From an uncultured Phycisphaerales bacterium (lineage in GTDB: Bacteria; Planctomycetota; Phycisphaerae; Tepidisphaerales; Tepidisphaeraceae), in assembly GCA_963844715.1 (NCBI GenBank), contig CAWJPJ010000005.1:192001-256000 (forward strand): DNA of 64,000 nucleotides, given 5' to 3'. This document shows positions 33,050 through 45,052 of the stretch, piece after piece. The notes below the pieces were generated by a model, which was given only the letters and a program-made list of their open reading frames with translations, was not told the origin of the DNA and did no database searches. The position numbers and the translations under genes were made by a program. The first letter of the stretch is position 1; every line of letters begins with the position of its first letter.

Positions 33050-34753
33050 ATGGAAACGGTTGGGATGACAGCGGAAGCGTTGTGCGAGCTCGGGGGGAAG
33101 CTGATTGTGCAGCGGCGCCTGGAGGAGGCGGTCGAGGCTTGCCGGAAGTCGATCTCAATTAATCCGAAGATTGCAGAGAGTCATTACAACCTGGGGATTG
33201 CGCTGCGGGAACTCGGGCAATTGGAACCGGCGGCGGATGCTTATCGGGAGGGAATTTCTCTGAAGCCCGATTTTGCCGAAGCGCAGAATAATCTGGGGAA
33301 CTGCGCTGCGCATGCTGGGGAGGCTGGATGAGGCGGAAGAGGCGCTGAAAAGGGCGATCGGGTCGAAGCCGGAGTACGCGGAGGCGCATAGCAATCTTGG
33401 GAACGTGGTGCGCGAGCAGGGACGATTGGACGACGCGATTGCGTGCTTTCGGCAGGCGATTGCCCTGAAACCCGGGGCGAACGCGATTTGGAGCAATCTG
33501 CTTTACGTGATGCATTATCATCCGGATTACGATTGCCGGAGGATTTATCAGGAGCATCGAGTTTGGGCCCAGGGGGTTGAGAGATCGGTGGTGGGGGAGA
33601 TTCGGGAGCTTGGGAACGATCGCGATGAGAATCGGCGGTTGAAGATTGGGTATGTGTCGGCGGATTTTCGGGCGCATGCGGCGGCGAATTTTCTGTTGCC
33701 GCTGTTTCGGAATCATAATTCGGAAAATGTGGAAGTGATCTGCTACAGCGGGGTTCGGCGGGGGGATGCGATGACCGATGGCGCTGAAGAAGATGAGCCA
33801 GGGGTGGCGAGACGCTTTTGCATTGTCGGACGCGGAGTTGGCGGAGCAGATACGCAGGGATGGGATCGACGTTCTGGTGGATCTTTCGGTGCATATGGCC
33901 GGAAATCGCCTGGCGGTGTTTGCGCGGAGGCCGGCGCCGGTGCAGGTGACTTGGCTGGGTTATCCGAGTACGACGGGGCTGGAGACGATTGACTATCGGA
34001 TTACGGATTGGCGGCTCGACCCGAACGACGAAAGCAATTGTTACAGCGAGGAGTCGGTGAGGTTGGAGAGAAGTTTTTGGTGTTATGAACCATTGGTGAA
34101 CAGTCCGGGGGGCCCTGGGGTGCAAGCACCCCCCGCTTTGCGAAAGGGGTTTGTTACGTTTGGCTGCTTGAATAATTTTGCGAAAGTTACTCCGGCGGTG
34201 CTCGCGTGGTGGAGGGAAGTGTTGCGCGGTGGAGGGGTCGCGAATGATTATTCATTCTTTGGAGGGGAGGCATCGGCAGCGGGTGGTGGAATTCTTCGAG
34301 GCGGGGGGAGTGGATGGGAAGCGGATTGAATTTTTTAGGCGGCTCAGTCCGGAGAAATATTTTGAGGTTTATCAGCGTGTGGATTTGGGATTGGATCCGT
34401 TTCCTTATCCAGGGCATACGACTTTGCTGGATGGATTGTGGATGGGCGTGCCTTCCGTCGTGACGACGGGTTCGACGGCGGTGAGCCGGGGGGCGGCGAG
34501 TATTTTGTCGACATTGGGATTGGCAGATTGGGTCGCGCGGGATCGGGACGAATATATCGCCAAAGCCGTTGCGGCGGCCGGGGATTTGCAGCGGCTGGCA
34601 CGGCTTCGAGCGACGCTGCGGGAGAAGCTGGCGGGGTCAGAGCTGATGGACGGGGCGGGGTTTGCGTCGCGACTGGAGCAGCGTTTTCGTGGGCTGTGGA
34701 AGAACTGGTGCAACTTTTCCGGCAAAGGAGCGTCCAAGCGGGCATCGACCTAA
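33050..34753 (+). CDS. TPR + GT41 (OGT/SPINDLY-like) glycosyltransferase, three frameshifts
   Basis: TPRs 'AESHYNLGIAL', 'LKIGYVSADFRAH', 'DGIDVLVDLS.H', 'RPAPVQVTWLGYPSTTG', 'FGCLNNFAK', 'LDPFPY.G.TT..D.LWMGVP'. Confidence 0.88.
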
Positions 34754-34765
34754 CAGGAGTCAACG

Positions 34766-36823
34766 ATGCGGCTTGGAATTCGAGCAGCGGTTCTGGGGGC
34801 GGCGATTGGGGCGTGTGGGTTGTTTCCAGTGGCGGGCTTGAGAGCGGCGGCACTGCCGGGAATGCCGGCCTCGGTCGGGTTGAGCCCGATATCGCAGGTC
34901 CCGGTCAAGAAAGTCGTGCTGTTCACGAGCGGGGTGGGGTACTTTGAACACGATGGGACCGTGCTCGGGGCGGCGACGACCCAACTTAAATTCGACAATT
35001 CTCAAATCAACGATGTGCTGAAGAGCCTGGTGCTGGAGGACATGGGAGGGACGGTGTCGACTGTCACGTACGCGAGCCAGGATCCCCTGGCGAAGCAGCT
35101 TAAGAGCTTTGGCGTGGACATCGCGGACGATCCCTCACTGGATCAGCTATTGAATCAGCTTCGCGGGGCGAAGGTGACGATCGGGATGGCGAGCGAGGAG
35201 ATCACGGGGACGATTCTGGGGGTCGAAAAACGGACCAAGCCGGCGGGGGATGGCAAGACGATTGACGTGCCGGTGATCAATGTTGTAACAGACAGCGGGA
35301 TTCGATCTGTCGAGTTGCCGGATGCGCAGGAGGTGAAATTGGATGATCCGACGCTTCAGGAGGAATTATCCAAGGCGCTGGGGGCGGTGGCGCTGGCGCG
35401 GAATGAGGATCGCAAGCCGGTGACGATTCATTTTGAGGGGACGGGAGTACGGGATGTGCGGTTGGGGTATGTGGTGGAGTCGCCGGTGTGGCGGACCAGC
35501 TATCGGCTGGTGCTGGGGGATGGGGACGACGCGAAATTGCAGGGGTGGGCGGTTGTGGAAAATCAGACAGATAATGATTGGGATGATGTGCAACTGAGCC
35601 TGGTGAGCGGGAGGCCGATCAGTTTCATCGAGGACATGTACCAGCCGCTGTACGTGCAGAGGCCGACGGTGCAGCCGCAGGGGATCGCGGAAGTGACGCC
35701 GCCGACCTATGCGGAGGCGATTCAGCAGCGGGAATTGGCGATGGATAGTTTGGAAAAAGCGAGCGCGATGGGGGGAGGGGCGATGTCGGGGGATGCGATG
35801 GCAGCCGCTCCAGCGGGGCAGATGTTGAATCCGACGCAATCGGTTGCACCAGTGGCGTCGGGGGAGGCGGTGGGGGAATTGTTTCAGTACAACATCGATC
35901 ATGTGACGATGCCGCGGCAAAGCAGCGCGATGATTCCGATTGTAGCGGGTTCGGTGAAGTTGGAACGGGTGAGCATTTATAATCCGGCGGTGCTGGCCCG
36001 CAATCCGCTTTATGGGGGACGGCTGAAGAATACTTCGGGGAAGCATCTGCGCGGCGGGCCGATCACGGTATTCGATGGCGGGAGTTATGCCGGGGATGGG
36101 CAGATCGACGATGTGCCGCCTGGGCAGGATCGGCTGATCAGTTATGGGGTCGATCAGGAGATGCTCATCGATACAACCACGCCGGACCGGACGGATGAAA
36201 CAGTAACAGGGAAGATCGTCCAGGGGGTGCTGGAAGTGACGCATGAGTACGACGCTTCGACGATTTACGAGGCGCGGAATGAATCGGATCATGAAAAAAC
36301 GCTGTTGATTGAGCAGCCGATTGAGGACGGGTGGGATGTGGTGGATTCGCCGAAAGTGGCGGAGAAGACGGACCAGCTTTATCGGTTTGAGAAGAAGATC
36401 GGGGCGGGAAAGACGGAGAAGATCGCGGTTCGGGAGAAGCATGTGGAGGATCAGTCGTTCGGGATTTTGGGAGGAGATGTCGACGCGATTGTGGATTTCA
36501 CGCATGACGGCGCCATTCCGGGGGATGTGAAGGATGCGCTGAATAAAGCCGCGGAGATGAAGCGCGGGATCGCGGATTTGCAAAGTCGGTTGGCGACGGA
36601 TCAACAGAAGGAGCAGAAGATCGTTTCCGATCAGCAGCGGATCGACGAGACACTACGGACGGTGGATAAGAACACGCCGATTTATTCCCGGCTGTTGCAG
36701 AAATTGGATGATCAGGAGACGCAACTCGAGAAGCTGCGCGGAGAGGAGGACGACCTGACGACTAAAGCGGCGGCTGCGCAGAAGGAGCTGGAAGATTATC
36801 TGGGCGGGCTGACGGTGGGCTGA
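34766..36823 (+). CDS. DUF4139-domain secreted protein with C-terminal coiled coil
   Basis: 'VVLFTSGVGYFEH', 'INDVLKSL', 'PVWRTSYRL', 'WAVVEN.T..DW.DVQLSLVSGRP'. Confidence 0.8.
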   Translation: MRLGIRAAVLGAAIGACGLFPVAGLRAAALPGMPASVGLSPISQVPVKKVVLFTSGVGYFEHDGTVLGAATTQLKFDNSQINDVLKSLVLEDMGGTVSTVTYASQDPLAKQLKSFGVDIADDPSLDQLLNQLRGAKVTIGMASEEITGTILGVEKRTKPAGDGKTIDVPVINVVTDSGIRSVELPDAQEVKLDDPTLQEELSKALGAVALARNEDRKPVTIHFEGTGVRDVRLGYVVESPVWRTSYRLVLGDGDDAKLQGWAVVENQTDNDWDDVQLSLVSGRPISFIEDMYQPLYVQRPTVQPQGIAEVTPPTYAEAIQQRELAMDSLEKASAMGGGAMSGDAMAAAPAGQMLNPTQSVAPVASGEAVGELFQYNIDHVTMPRQSSAMIPIVAGSVKLERVSIYNPAVLARNPLYGGRLKNTSGKHLRGGPITVFDGGSYAGDGQIDDVPPGQDRLISYGVDQEMLIDTTTPDRTDETVTGKIVQGVLEVTHEYDASTIYEARNESDHEKTLLIEQPIEDGWDVVDSPKVAEKTDQLYRFEKKIGAGKTEKIAVREKHVEDQSFGILGGDVDAIVDFTHDGAIPGDVKDALNKAAEMKRGIADLQSRLATDQQKEQKIVSDQQRIDETLRTVDKNTPIYSRLLQKLDDQETQLEKLRGEEDDLTTKAAAAQKELEDYLGGLTVG

Positions 36824-38305
36824 TCGGGCTGGGTGGTTGGGGCGGCGGTTTGGGACGTCGTATCGACGTGATCGAGGACCAGGCCGGTGACGTCGGCGAC
36901 GGAGAATGCCGGGGCTTTGGCGGCCTGGATGTGGACATTGCGGAGGGTGACGTCGGCGGCTTCGCTGAGAGAGGCGCCCGCGTCGGCGGCGAGGTTCATG
37001 TCTTGCATGGTGATGTCGGAAAGGGGGAGTTCGGGAAGGCCGCGCATCAGGAGCGACTGCTTGGCGCTTTTGCAGGTGATGTTCTGGAGATCAAAGTTGC
37101 GGAAGCAGGGCGTGCGGACGGAAAGGGGCTCGGGGGTGGGCTTGGGCTGCTCGTAATACATATCGAAGGAAATGGCGGGGCCTTTAATGTTGGTCATGGT
37201 GATGTTCGAGACGTGAATGTCTTCCACGACGCCGCCGCGGCCTCGGACGCTTTTGAATCGGAGGCCGACGTCGGTGCCGTCGCAGGCGCAATCCGTGATG
37301 TGAACATTGCGGATGTCGCCGGACATTTCTGACCCGAGGACGAACCCGCCGTGTCCCCAGCCGGCGGTGCAATGGCGGATGATGACGTTTTCGGTCGGCT
37401 GGTGTTTTTGGCGGCCTTCCGCGTCCTTGCCGCTTTTTAGGACGATGTTGTCATCGCCGGCGTAGACGGTGGAATTCTCCATGACGACATCGCGGCAGGA
37501 TTCGAACCCGATGCCGTCCCCGTTTTGGGCCCAGATTTCGTTCCGGACCAGGATGTTGCGGATTTGGACGTTGCTATCTTCCTGTAACTGGATGGCCCAG
37601 AAGGCGGAGTTTCGGAAAGTGGGGCCGTCGAGCAGGACGTCGACGCAGTCGACGAGGGTGATCATGTCGGGGCGGAGGGCGTCGCGGAGATTTTTATAGT
37701 CGGCGATGTCGGGCGTTTTCTGGGATTCGCGCAAAGCGGCGAGCGGACCCTGCGCGTCCAGGCGCTTGTTGCGTGGGGTACCAGACGTTTTCCTTGGGAT
37801 CGACCACGCCACCGGATTTGATAAGGTCGTTCCATTGCTGGTCGGAGACTTTGCTTTTCTTGAGGGGCCGCCAGGCGTCGCCTTGCCCGTCGATGATGCC
37901 GGGGCCGGTGATCGAGATGTCGTGGAGATTTTTCCCGGTGATGGGGGAGCGGCATTGGACGGTGTCGGTCCCCATGAAGTTGGCATAAACGAGGGGGTAA
38001 TCGTCGAAGTTACGGGAGAAGATCAACTCGGCGCCGGCGTCGAGATGGAGGTCGATGTTGCTGGCCAGGTCGATGGGGCCGCAGAGAAAACTGCCGGCGG
38101 GGATTTCCACCCGGCCTCCCCCGGCGGCGGCGCAATCGTCGATGGCTTTTTGAATGGCGGCGGTGCAGACGGTTTTGCCGTCGCCGACCGCGCCGTCATC
38201 GGCGATGTTTATGACATGGGGATTTCCGGAAGGCTGCGTTTGAGCAAAGGCGGCTGCGGCGGTTCCCAGGCAAATCGCGGCGGCGCGGCGGATCCAAGGC
38301 ATCAT
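36796..38305 (-). CDS. Glycoside hydrolase family 28 (polygalacturonase-like), frameshifted near 37770
   Basis: 'TAAIQKAIDDC', 'NGDGI', 'GDDNIVLKSG', 'GHGGFVLGSEMSG', 'LRFKSVRGRGG'. Confidence 0.92.
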
Positions 38306-39864
38306 TGAGCGGTCTCCTTAGCCGACGCCTGACCGGTTTCGCCGGGTTGAACAACGGCATCGACATGATCCAAAGTTAAATTCGTGGTGTTATAGGTATC
38401 GAGCGCGGGGCTGGTGCTGGAACAAATCCGCACGTTGCGGAGTGTGAAATCGCGCACGTCGGCGATGGACGCGCCTTTGTCGCACGTGAGTTGCACATTT
38501 TCTATGGTAATATTGTTCATAGGCAGTTCAGACAGGCCCCGGATGGACATCGCTGTCTTGCCGCTGTAGCAAATCACGTCGCGAATGGTGATATCGCGGA
38601 AGATGGGGGTCCGCACGCTCACGGCCTCCGGCTTGGGGTGCTTTTCCTGATAGTACATGTCGAAGAGGATGCAGATCTGGGCAACTTTGGAGATCGCGAT
38701 GTTGTGGATGCGGATGTTCTCGACGACGCCGCCTCGGCCGCGGGTGGTCTTGAAGCGGAGTGGGATATCGGTGCCGGTCATGTTGCAGTTGTAAGCTTCG
38801 ACATCGCGGACGCCGCCAGACATTTCAGAGCCGATGGCGATGCCGCCGTGGCCCCAGTAAATGTCGTCGTTGCGGATGACGACGTGGTCGGTGGGGCGAT
38901 TGTGGAGGCGGCCGGCTTCGTCGCGGCCGGACTTCAGGCAGATGTCGTCGTCGCCGGCGTGGATGGTGCAATTTTCGATGAGGACATTCGTGCAACTATC
39001 GACGTCGATGCCATCGCCGTTTTGGGCCCAGAGTTCGTTGAAAATGTTGGCGTGTTCGACTTTGATGTCATCGGAGTCGAGGAGGTGGATGTTCCAGGAG
39101 CCGGAATTTCGGAAAGTGGCGTCCTGGAGAAGAACGTGCTGGCAGTTGGCCAGGAGTACGTTGTTCGGGCGGAGGAGGTCGCGGAGTGGAGCGTAGGCGG
39201 CAACTTGCGGGGGGCCGGGCTGGGCGCGGAGGGCGAAGAGATCGCGCATGCGGCGTGCGCGAGACGTCGCTGGGCCACCAGGTTTGTTCGTCGTCACCGC
39301 TTACCCCGGTCACGCCGCCCGAGGCGACCAGGTCGTTCCATTGCTGATCGGTGAGCTTGGATCGTTTAACGGATCGCCACGTTTGCCCCTGCCCGTCGAT
39401 GGCGCCGGTGCCGGTGATGGAGATATCGTGCAAGTCCTGGCCCCAGATGGGGGCTTGGCAGATGACGGTCTGCTTGCCTTCGTAGCTGGAGATAATCAGG
39501 GGATAGTCGTTGTGATTCTTGCTGAACGTGAGCAGTGCGCCCGCGGCGAGATGAAGATCGACTCCGCTGCGAAGCTGGATGGGGGCGCTGAGGAAAGTTC
39601 CGGAGGGGACGAGAACCTGCCCGCCGCCGACGGCGCCAGCGGCATCGAGGGCTTTCTGGATCGCGGCGGTGGCGGGGGTTTTCCCGTCGGGGAGAGCGCC
39701 GAAGTCTTCAATGTCGTAGACCTTTGCGCGGGGGGCTGGGACGGCGCGGCGGCCTGCGGAGTGGGCGCGGGAGGCGGAGGTGCAGGTGTACTGGATTTGC
39801 AGGCTGTTAGAGTTAAAAGGAAGAGCACGGACGCGGATGCGGAACAGAGCTTGAACGGCGGCAT
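38302..39864 (-). CDS. Glycoside hydrolase family 28 lipoprotein, frameshifted near 39725 and 39260
   Basis: Lipobox 'LTLTAC', 'NGDGIDVDS', 'GDDDICLKSG', 'GHGGIAIGSEMSGG', 'RFKTTRGRGG'. Confidence 0.9.
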
Positions 39865-39948
39865 TTGGTTCGTTCCTCCAAGTCACCCCCGGGGCTCGCT
39901 TCCAGCGGGAAACATTATCTGGGGGCGGCGGAAATCACAAGCGGAAGG

Positions 39949-40542
39949 TCATAGTCCGGCCGCCGGGGCCGGGCCGCGGGGATTGGTCAATTTTTCCAAC
40001 TGATCGCGGACGCGATCAAGCGTGTCCATGACTTCGTGGTGGCGCATGTCGTCGGTGGTAGGAGTCTTGGCGATGAAGGTGATGACCCCGGTGGGTTCGA
40101 GGATGGCGGCATCGACCTCGGCGAGGGAGGTCAATCCCTGCCGGTGAGCGGCGGCGGTCAGTTCGGCGCGGGACATCAGTTCGCGCTGAAGATGGTTGCG
40201 CAGGATTTTGCCGTCCTTCATGAGATAATCGCGTCGGCCTTCGACGAGGGTTTCGATGCGGCGATGTCCATGCAGGAATCGAACGACGAGGTAATTGACG
40301 AGCAGCAGGGTGCTGGCGCCGACGAGCCCGCCGGTGACGGAGTTGTCGTCGCCGATGATGGCGTTTTGGACGGTATTGGAGAGGGTGAGCAAGACAACCA
40401 GGTCGAAGGGATTGAGCTGGGCGAGTTCGCGCTTTCCGGCCAGTCTCAGGCCGACTATTAGAAAGATATAGATGATGATTGGGCGGATGATTTTTTCAGC
40501 CAGGGGAAGAGTAAGGGCGAACATGTCATGCCAGGCGGGCAT
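39949..40542 (-). CDS. YetF/DUF421 family membrane protein
   Basis: 'LRLAGKRELAQLNPFDLV', 'AILEPTGVITFI'. Confidence 0.88.
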   Translation of the reverse strand: MPAWHDMFALTLPLAEKIIRPIIIYIFLIVGLRLAGKRELAQLNPFDLVVLLTLSNTVQNAIIGDDNSVTGGLVGASTLLLVNYLVVRFLHGHRRIETLVEGRRDYLMKDGKILRNHLQRELMSRAELTAAAHRQGLTSLAEVDAAILEPTGVITFIAKTPTTDDMRHHEVMDTLDRVRDQLEKLTNPRGPAPAAGL

Positions 40543-40598
40543 AGGGGACCTCGGGGGTTAGAGATTCTTGGAAGCACTTTGCGGGGAATGATAACGAA

Positions 40599-41276
40599 TT
40601 AGCGGGATTTGGCAGTGGGGGACTGGACAAGGATTTTGGCGGCGGCGGCGATCCCAAGGGAGATTTCCTCGCGGCGGGGGATGCGGAGCCGGACGGCTTC
40701 GGCGGCGGGCTCGCGTTTCGAGACGGTGACCGTGACGCCGGGAACCAGCCCGTGGCGTTCGAGGAATTGCAGGAAGGACGGGTCCTGATCGAGAACGCGG
40801 GCAACAGTTTGGGGATCGTGCACCGGGCAATCGGCGAGGCTCATGCGAGTCGGTTCGTGGAGTTGGCCTTTGGAGGTTGGGATCGGGTCGCCGTGGGGAT
40901 CGACGGTGGGGTGGCCGAGCAGATCGTCGATTTTTTCCAGTACGTGATCGGAGATGGCGTGCTCGAGGATGTCGGCTTCGTCGTGGACTTCGGACCAATC
41001 CAATTTGAGGACGCGAACGAGGAATAGTTCGAGCAGGCGATGGCGGCGGAGAACGTGAAGGGCGAGTTGCTCGCCGCTGTGGGTGAGCTTCGCGCCGCCG
41101 CGCGGTTCGTACTGGACGAGGCCGGAGTCGGCCAGGGCTTTGACCATGGAGGTGGCGGTGCCGGGAACGACGCCCATGGCGGCGGCGAGTTTGCCCATGG
41201 GGACCATGTCTCCGGGGCCGCTGCGCTGCTGCAGATAAAGCTGCTTGAGGTAGTTTTCGACGGTGCTGGTGGGCAT
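40599..41276 (-). CDS. mntR: DtxR/MntR-family metal-dependent repressor with FeoA domain
   Basis: 'ENYLKQLY', 'RRHRLLELFL', 'VHDEADILEH', 'P.VDPHGDPIP'. Divergent from mntH. Confidence 0.9.
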   Translation of the reverse strand: MPTSTVENYLKQLYLQQRSGPGDMVPMGKLAAAMGVVPGTATSMVKALADSGLVQYEPRGGAKLTHSGEQLALHVLRRHRLLELFLVRVLKLDWSEVHDEADILEHAISDHVLEKIDDLLGHPTVDPHGDPIPTSKGQLHEPTRMSLADCPVHDPQTVARVLDQDPSFLQFLERHGLVPGVTVTVSKREPAAEAVRLRIPRREEISLGIAAAAKILVQSPTAKSR

Positions 41277-41328
41277 ATGGGCTTAACTCTGCATTAATCG
41301 GTCAAAAGAATATTGCCTAAACGACCGA

Positions 41329-41374
41329 TTGACAAATATCGGGTAATGATTATTATCTTTTTGATTAGTCAAAA
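41329..41374 (+). promoter_or_regulatory. Putative mntH promoter with adjacent palindromic operator
   Basis: TTGACA (41329)-N16-TATTAT (41351), then near-palindrome TTTTGATTAGTCAAAA (41359-41374). Confidence 0.55.
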
Positions 41375-41413
41375 TTCGATAGTTGAGTATTCGAATTGTG
41401 AGTGAGGCCCACG

Positions 41414-42855
41414 ATGCAGAATTCAACAACCGGACCTTTGAATCCTTCGGCGATTCCGCCCGTTGCCGGCAGCGCGGCGCACTTTCGCTGGAAGGGATGC
41501 ACAGTTCGGTCGAGGTGCCGCCACTACGATACGGGCTTCTGGACGCAATGGCGGGCGTTCGTGGGGCCTGCGCTCCTGGTGAGCGTGGGGTATATGGACC
41601 CGGGCAACTGGGGTTCCGATCTATCCGCGGGAGCGGAGTATAAATACAAACTGCTGTGGGTCGTCGGGCGTCGCCAGTCTGATGGCGATTTTCCTGCAGG
41701 TGATTTCGGCCCGGCTGGGCGTGGCGACGGGCAAGGATCTGGCTCAGTGCTGCCGGGATTGGTATCCGAAATGGACGCGCTGGCCGAATTGGCTGTTATG
41801 TGAAATCGCGATTGGCGCATGCGATCTGGCGGAGGTGCTTGGCAGCGCGGTGGCCTTAAACCTGCTGTTTCATATCCCCCTGTTGTGGGCGGTGATCATC
41901 ACCGGCGCGGATGTACTGTTGCTTTTGGCGTTGCAGCGATATGGAATGCGGACGATCGAGGCGGTGATTCTTGTTTTAGTCGGTACGATCGCGGTCTGTT
42001 TTTTCATCGAGATATTTGTTCTGCCGCAGACGCGGCCCGATTTCATGGAGATGGGCCGGGCGATGGTACATCCTACGCTGCACGGAGTCGGCTACCCCAA
42101 CGACCCGCAGACCATGGCATTCATTGCCATCGCCATCATCGGCGCGACGGTGATGCCGCACAATTTGTATCTGCATTCCGCGCTGGTGCAGAGCCGCCAG
42201 TTGCAGCGCGATGAGAATTCGATCCGAACTGCCATCCGCTTCAACACGATCGACTCGACGGTTGCCCTGACCATCGCGTTCTTCGTCAATGCCGCGATCT
42301 TGGTCCTGGCCGCGATCGTCTTCTACGGCAAGACCAGGCGCGATTTCTGGAGGGGTGACGTACGCCTTTGACGCCAACACCGATTGGATTCGGGTTGCGT
42401 ATCTGACTCTCGCGCCGCTGCTGGGTACGGTGGCCGCGAGCCTCCTGTTTGCGATCGGGCTGCTGGCGAGCGGCCAAGCGAGCACGATCACGGGTACGCT
42501 GGCAGGGCAAGTGGTTATGGAGGGATTCATGCACTGGCGAATCTCTCCATGGCTTCGCCGAGTGATTACCCGCACGTTGGCGATCATCCCGGCGGTGCTG
42601 ATCATCGGGATTCGCGGGAACAGCAGCATTAACGATTTGCTGAATCTGAGCCAGGTTGTCTTGGCCCTTCAGTTGCCTCTGGCGATGTTCCCCCTGCTAC
42701 ATTTTACCTCTTCCCGCCGGCGCATGGGCCAATGGAAGCTGGGCTGGGTCCTGCTGATCACCGGATGGACCAGCGCCGTGCTGATCACGGCCATGGACAT
42801 CTATGGTCTGCCTGATTCGGTCCGGCAGGCTTGGCAAGTGATTGCCGGAGGGTAG
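41414..42855 (+). CDS. mntH: Nramp-family Mn2+/H+ symporter, multiple frameshifts
   Basis: 'VGYMDPGNW', 'CDLAEVLGSA', 'IGATVMPHNLYLHSAL', 'GQASTITGTLAGQVVMEGF'. Confidence 0.93.
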
Positions 42856-42883
42856 GCGCATTGACGCCCCAGCAGGAAATTCG

Positions 42884-43300
42884 ATGTACGACACGATACT
42901 GGTAACACTCGACACCACAGCGACCGACCACGTGATTACCAAGCACATCAAGGCCCTGGCGACGATCATGATGAGCCATGTCGTGCTTTTGCATGTCGCT
43001 GACGGTTGGGCGGCCCGCACGTTCGGGCCGGATGCCGTGAGTCCGGAGATCAAGGAAGACATGGAATATCTTGAGCGGGTTCGAGCGGAATTTGAATCCG
43101 TGGGCGTTCCGACCGAGGCGGCTCTCGCCTACGGCGAGCCGGCGACGGAGATCGTGCGTTGGGTCCAGGAGAAACATTGCGATTTGGTCGCGATGGGTAC
43201 TCACGGACATCGCTTGCTGGCGGACTTGTTTTTCGGGATAACCGCCAGCCGCGTGCAGCACAGTATCGACATCCCCGTGCTATTAATCCGAGCCAGGTAA
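42884..43300 (+). CDS. Universal stress protein
   Basis: 'MYDTILVTLD', 'GEPATEIV', 'DLVAMGTHGH', 'IPVLLIR'. Confidence 0.9.
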   Translation: MYDTILVTLDTTATDHVITKHIKALATIMMSHVVLLHVADGWAARTFGPDAVSPEIKEDMEYLERVRAEFESVGVPTEAALAYGEPATEIVRWVQEKHCDLVAMGTHGHRLLADLFFGITASRVQHSIDIPVLLIRAR

Positions 43301-43309
43301 GCCCCCATC

Positions 43310-44248
43310 ATGAAAAATCTATCGGGAATGAAGAGGAAGTCCGCGGTTTGGATGTTTGTCGAGATCGCGGTTTTAATGCTTGTGGTGACCCGGGCGGCCA
43401 GCGCGGACGATCCGGATTCGACGGCTCCGGCGGCGACGCAGCCGCCCGATAAATCCCAATACACGCTGTTCAATCCCGTGCCGACGGATCTGCTCCGCGA
43501 GATGGCGACGGATCGGCCGGATAAGACGGATTCGCCAACTACGATCGACGCGGGGCATCTGCAAATCGAGACAGGGGTCATCGACTACGATTACGATCGG
43601 GACAAATTCGAGGGGGATAACGATCTGAATGAGTCGATCGGGCTGGGGGAAGTGGAATTCCGGCTGGGGATTTTGAATTACCTGGAACTGGATCTGGAAA
43701 TTGATTCGTACGATTTCCTGAGCGAGACGGATTACAACGCGGGGAAAAGCCGGCGGCAGCAGGGATTTGGAGATATGACGATTGGGGAGAGTCTGAACTT
43801 CTGGGGGAATGATGACAGCGACAACGTTTGGGATACGGCGTTTGGGCTCGAGGCGGATTTGAAAATTCCGACGGCTCAGAAGGATATTGGAAATGGCTAT
43901 CCCGAGGCGTTTTTTGGGTTCCCGCTGGCGGTAAATCTGCCGGGGGATTTTGAGGGCGGGGCGGAGACGATCGTTTCGTGGGAAAGAAATTCGATCAACG
44001 ACGATTACGTGACCGGGTGGCAGAATATGGCGGAGATCGACCGGGTGATTTTCGCCGGTTTGGATGTCTATGCCGAGTATTGGATGCACACGAGCACCGA
44101 GCGGCATCTGGAAGCGCAGATGTCGGCGGATTTCGGGTTCACGCTCCCGGTTGTGGACAATGTCGTCTTGGACGCCGGGGTGAACGTCGGATTGAACCAT
44201 GCGACGGATAGTCTTGAGGCGACCAGCGGGATCACCGTTCGATTCTAA
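43310..44248 (+). CDS. Outer-membrane 'transporter' (MetA-pathway phenol-degradation-like beta-barrel)
   Basis: Signal peptide, 'TDRPD.T.SP.TIDAGHLQIE.G', C-terminal 'GITVRF'. Confidence 0.75.
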   Translation: MKNLSGMKRKSAVWMFVEIAVLMLVVTRAASADDPDSTAPAATQPPDKSQYTLFNPVPTDLLREMATDRPDKTDSPTTIDAGHLQIETGVIDYDYDRDKFEGDNDLNESIGLGEVEFRLGILNYLELDLEIDSYDFLSETDYNAGKSRRQQGFGDMTIGESLNFWGNDDSDNVWDTAFGLEADLKIPTAQKDIGNGYPEAFFGFPLAVNLPGDFEGGAETIVSWERNSINDDYVTGWQNMAEIDRVIFAGLDVYAEYWMHTSTERHLEAQMSADFGFTLPVVDNVVLDAGVNVGLNHATDSLEATSGITVRF

Positions 44249-44275
44249 CCGGATTTGCGGTATCCTTCCCGCCAT

Positions 44276-45040
44276 ATGATTCGCAAAATAGCATTCGCGG
44301 CGATCGTGCTGTTCGCGGCCATCGTTCGCGCTCAGACGATCACCGTTTCAGCGGCAATCAGTCTTAAAGAAGCGATGACCGAAGAGGCCAGGCAATATGC
44401 GGCCGATGGGGGGGATCAGGTCTCTTTGAATTTTGGAGCATCGGGGTTGCTGGCGGCGCAGATCGAGCAGGGCGCGCCGGTGGATTTGTTTGTCTCAGCG
44501 GGTGCGCCGCAGGTCGATAAGCTGATCAAGGATGGGCTGGCCGATCCGGCCACGAGGACGGCCGTGGCGACCAATAGCCTGGTTTTGATTGTGCCGAAGG
44601 GGTCTGCGAATCCGCCGACGAAATTTGAGGATCTGATCAACGGGCGATTCACGCATATCGCGATTGGCGATCCCAAGACCGTCCCGGCCGGGCAATATGC
44701 CATGCAGACGTTTAAATCGCTCCAGATCGAGGGGATGCTCGCAACCCGGCTGGTGATGGGGGCGAATGTGCGGCAGGTTTTGCTCTATGTCTCGCGCGGG
44801 GAAGTCGAGGCGGGGGTGGTTTATGCGACGGATGCCGCGGAGGCAGCCGATACGGTGACCCTGGCGGCGACGGCGCCGGAGACTTCGCATGATCCGATTG
44901 TTTATCCGGCGGTGATTCTCAAGGGGGGAAAGACCGATGCGGCGGGGAAGTTTTTGAAATTCCTGCTCTCGGATAAGGGGAGGGGCATTCTGGCGTCGCA
45001 TGGATTCGGAGTGCCGACGCCGACGACTCAGCCCGGTTAA
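44276..45040 (+). CDS. modA: Molybdate ABC transporter substrate-binding protein
   Basis: 'VSAAISLK', 'FGASG.LA.QIEQGAPVDLF', 'VPAGQYA', 'NVRQVL', 'GVVYATD'. Confidence 0.95.
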   Translation: MIRKIAFAAIVLFAAIVRAQTITVSAAISLKEAMTEEARQYAADGGDQVSLNFGASGLLAAQIEQGAPVDLFVSAGAPQVDKLIKDGLADPATRTAVATNSLVLIVPKGSANPPTKFEDLINGRFTHIAIGDPKTVPAGQYAMQTFKSLQIEGMLATRLVMGANVRQVLLYVSRGEVEAGVVYATDAAEAADTVTLAATAPETSHDPIVYPAVILKGGKTDAAGKFLKFLLSDKGRGILASHGFGVPTPTTQPG

Positions 45041-45052
45041 GATGGCCCGCCT

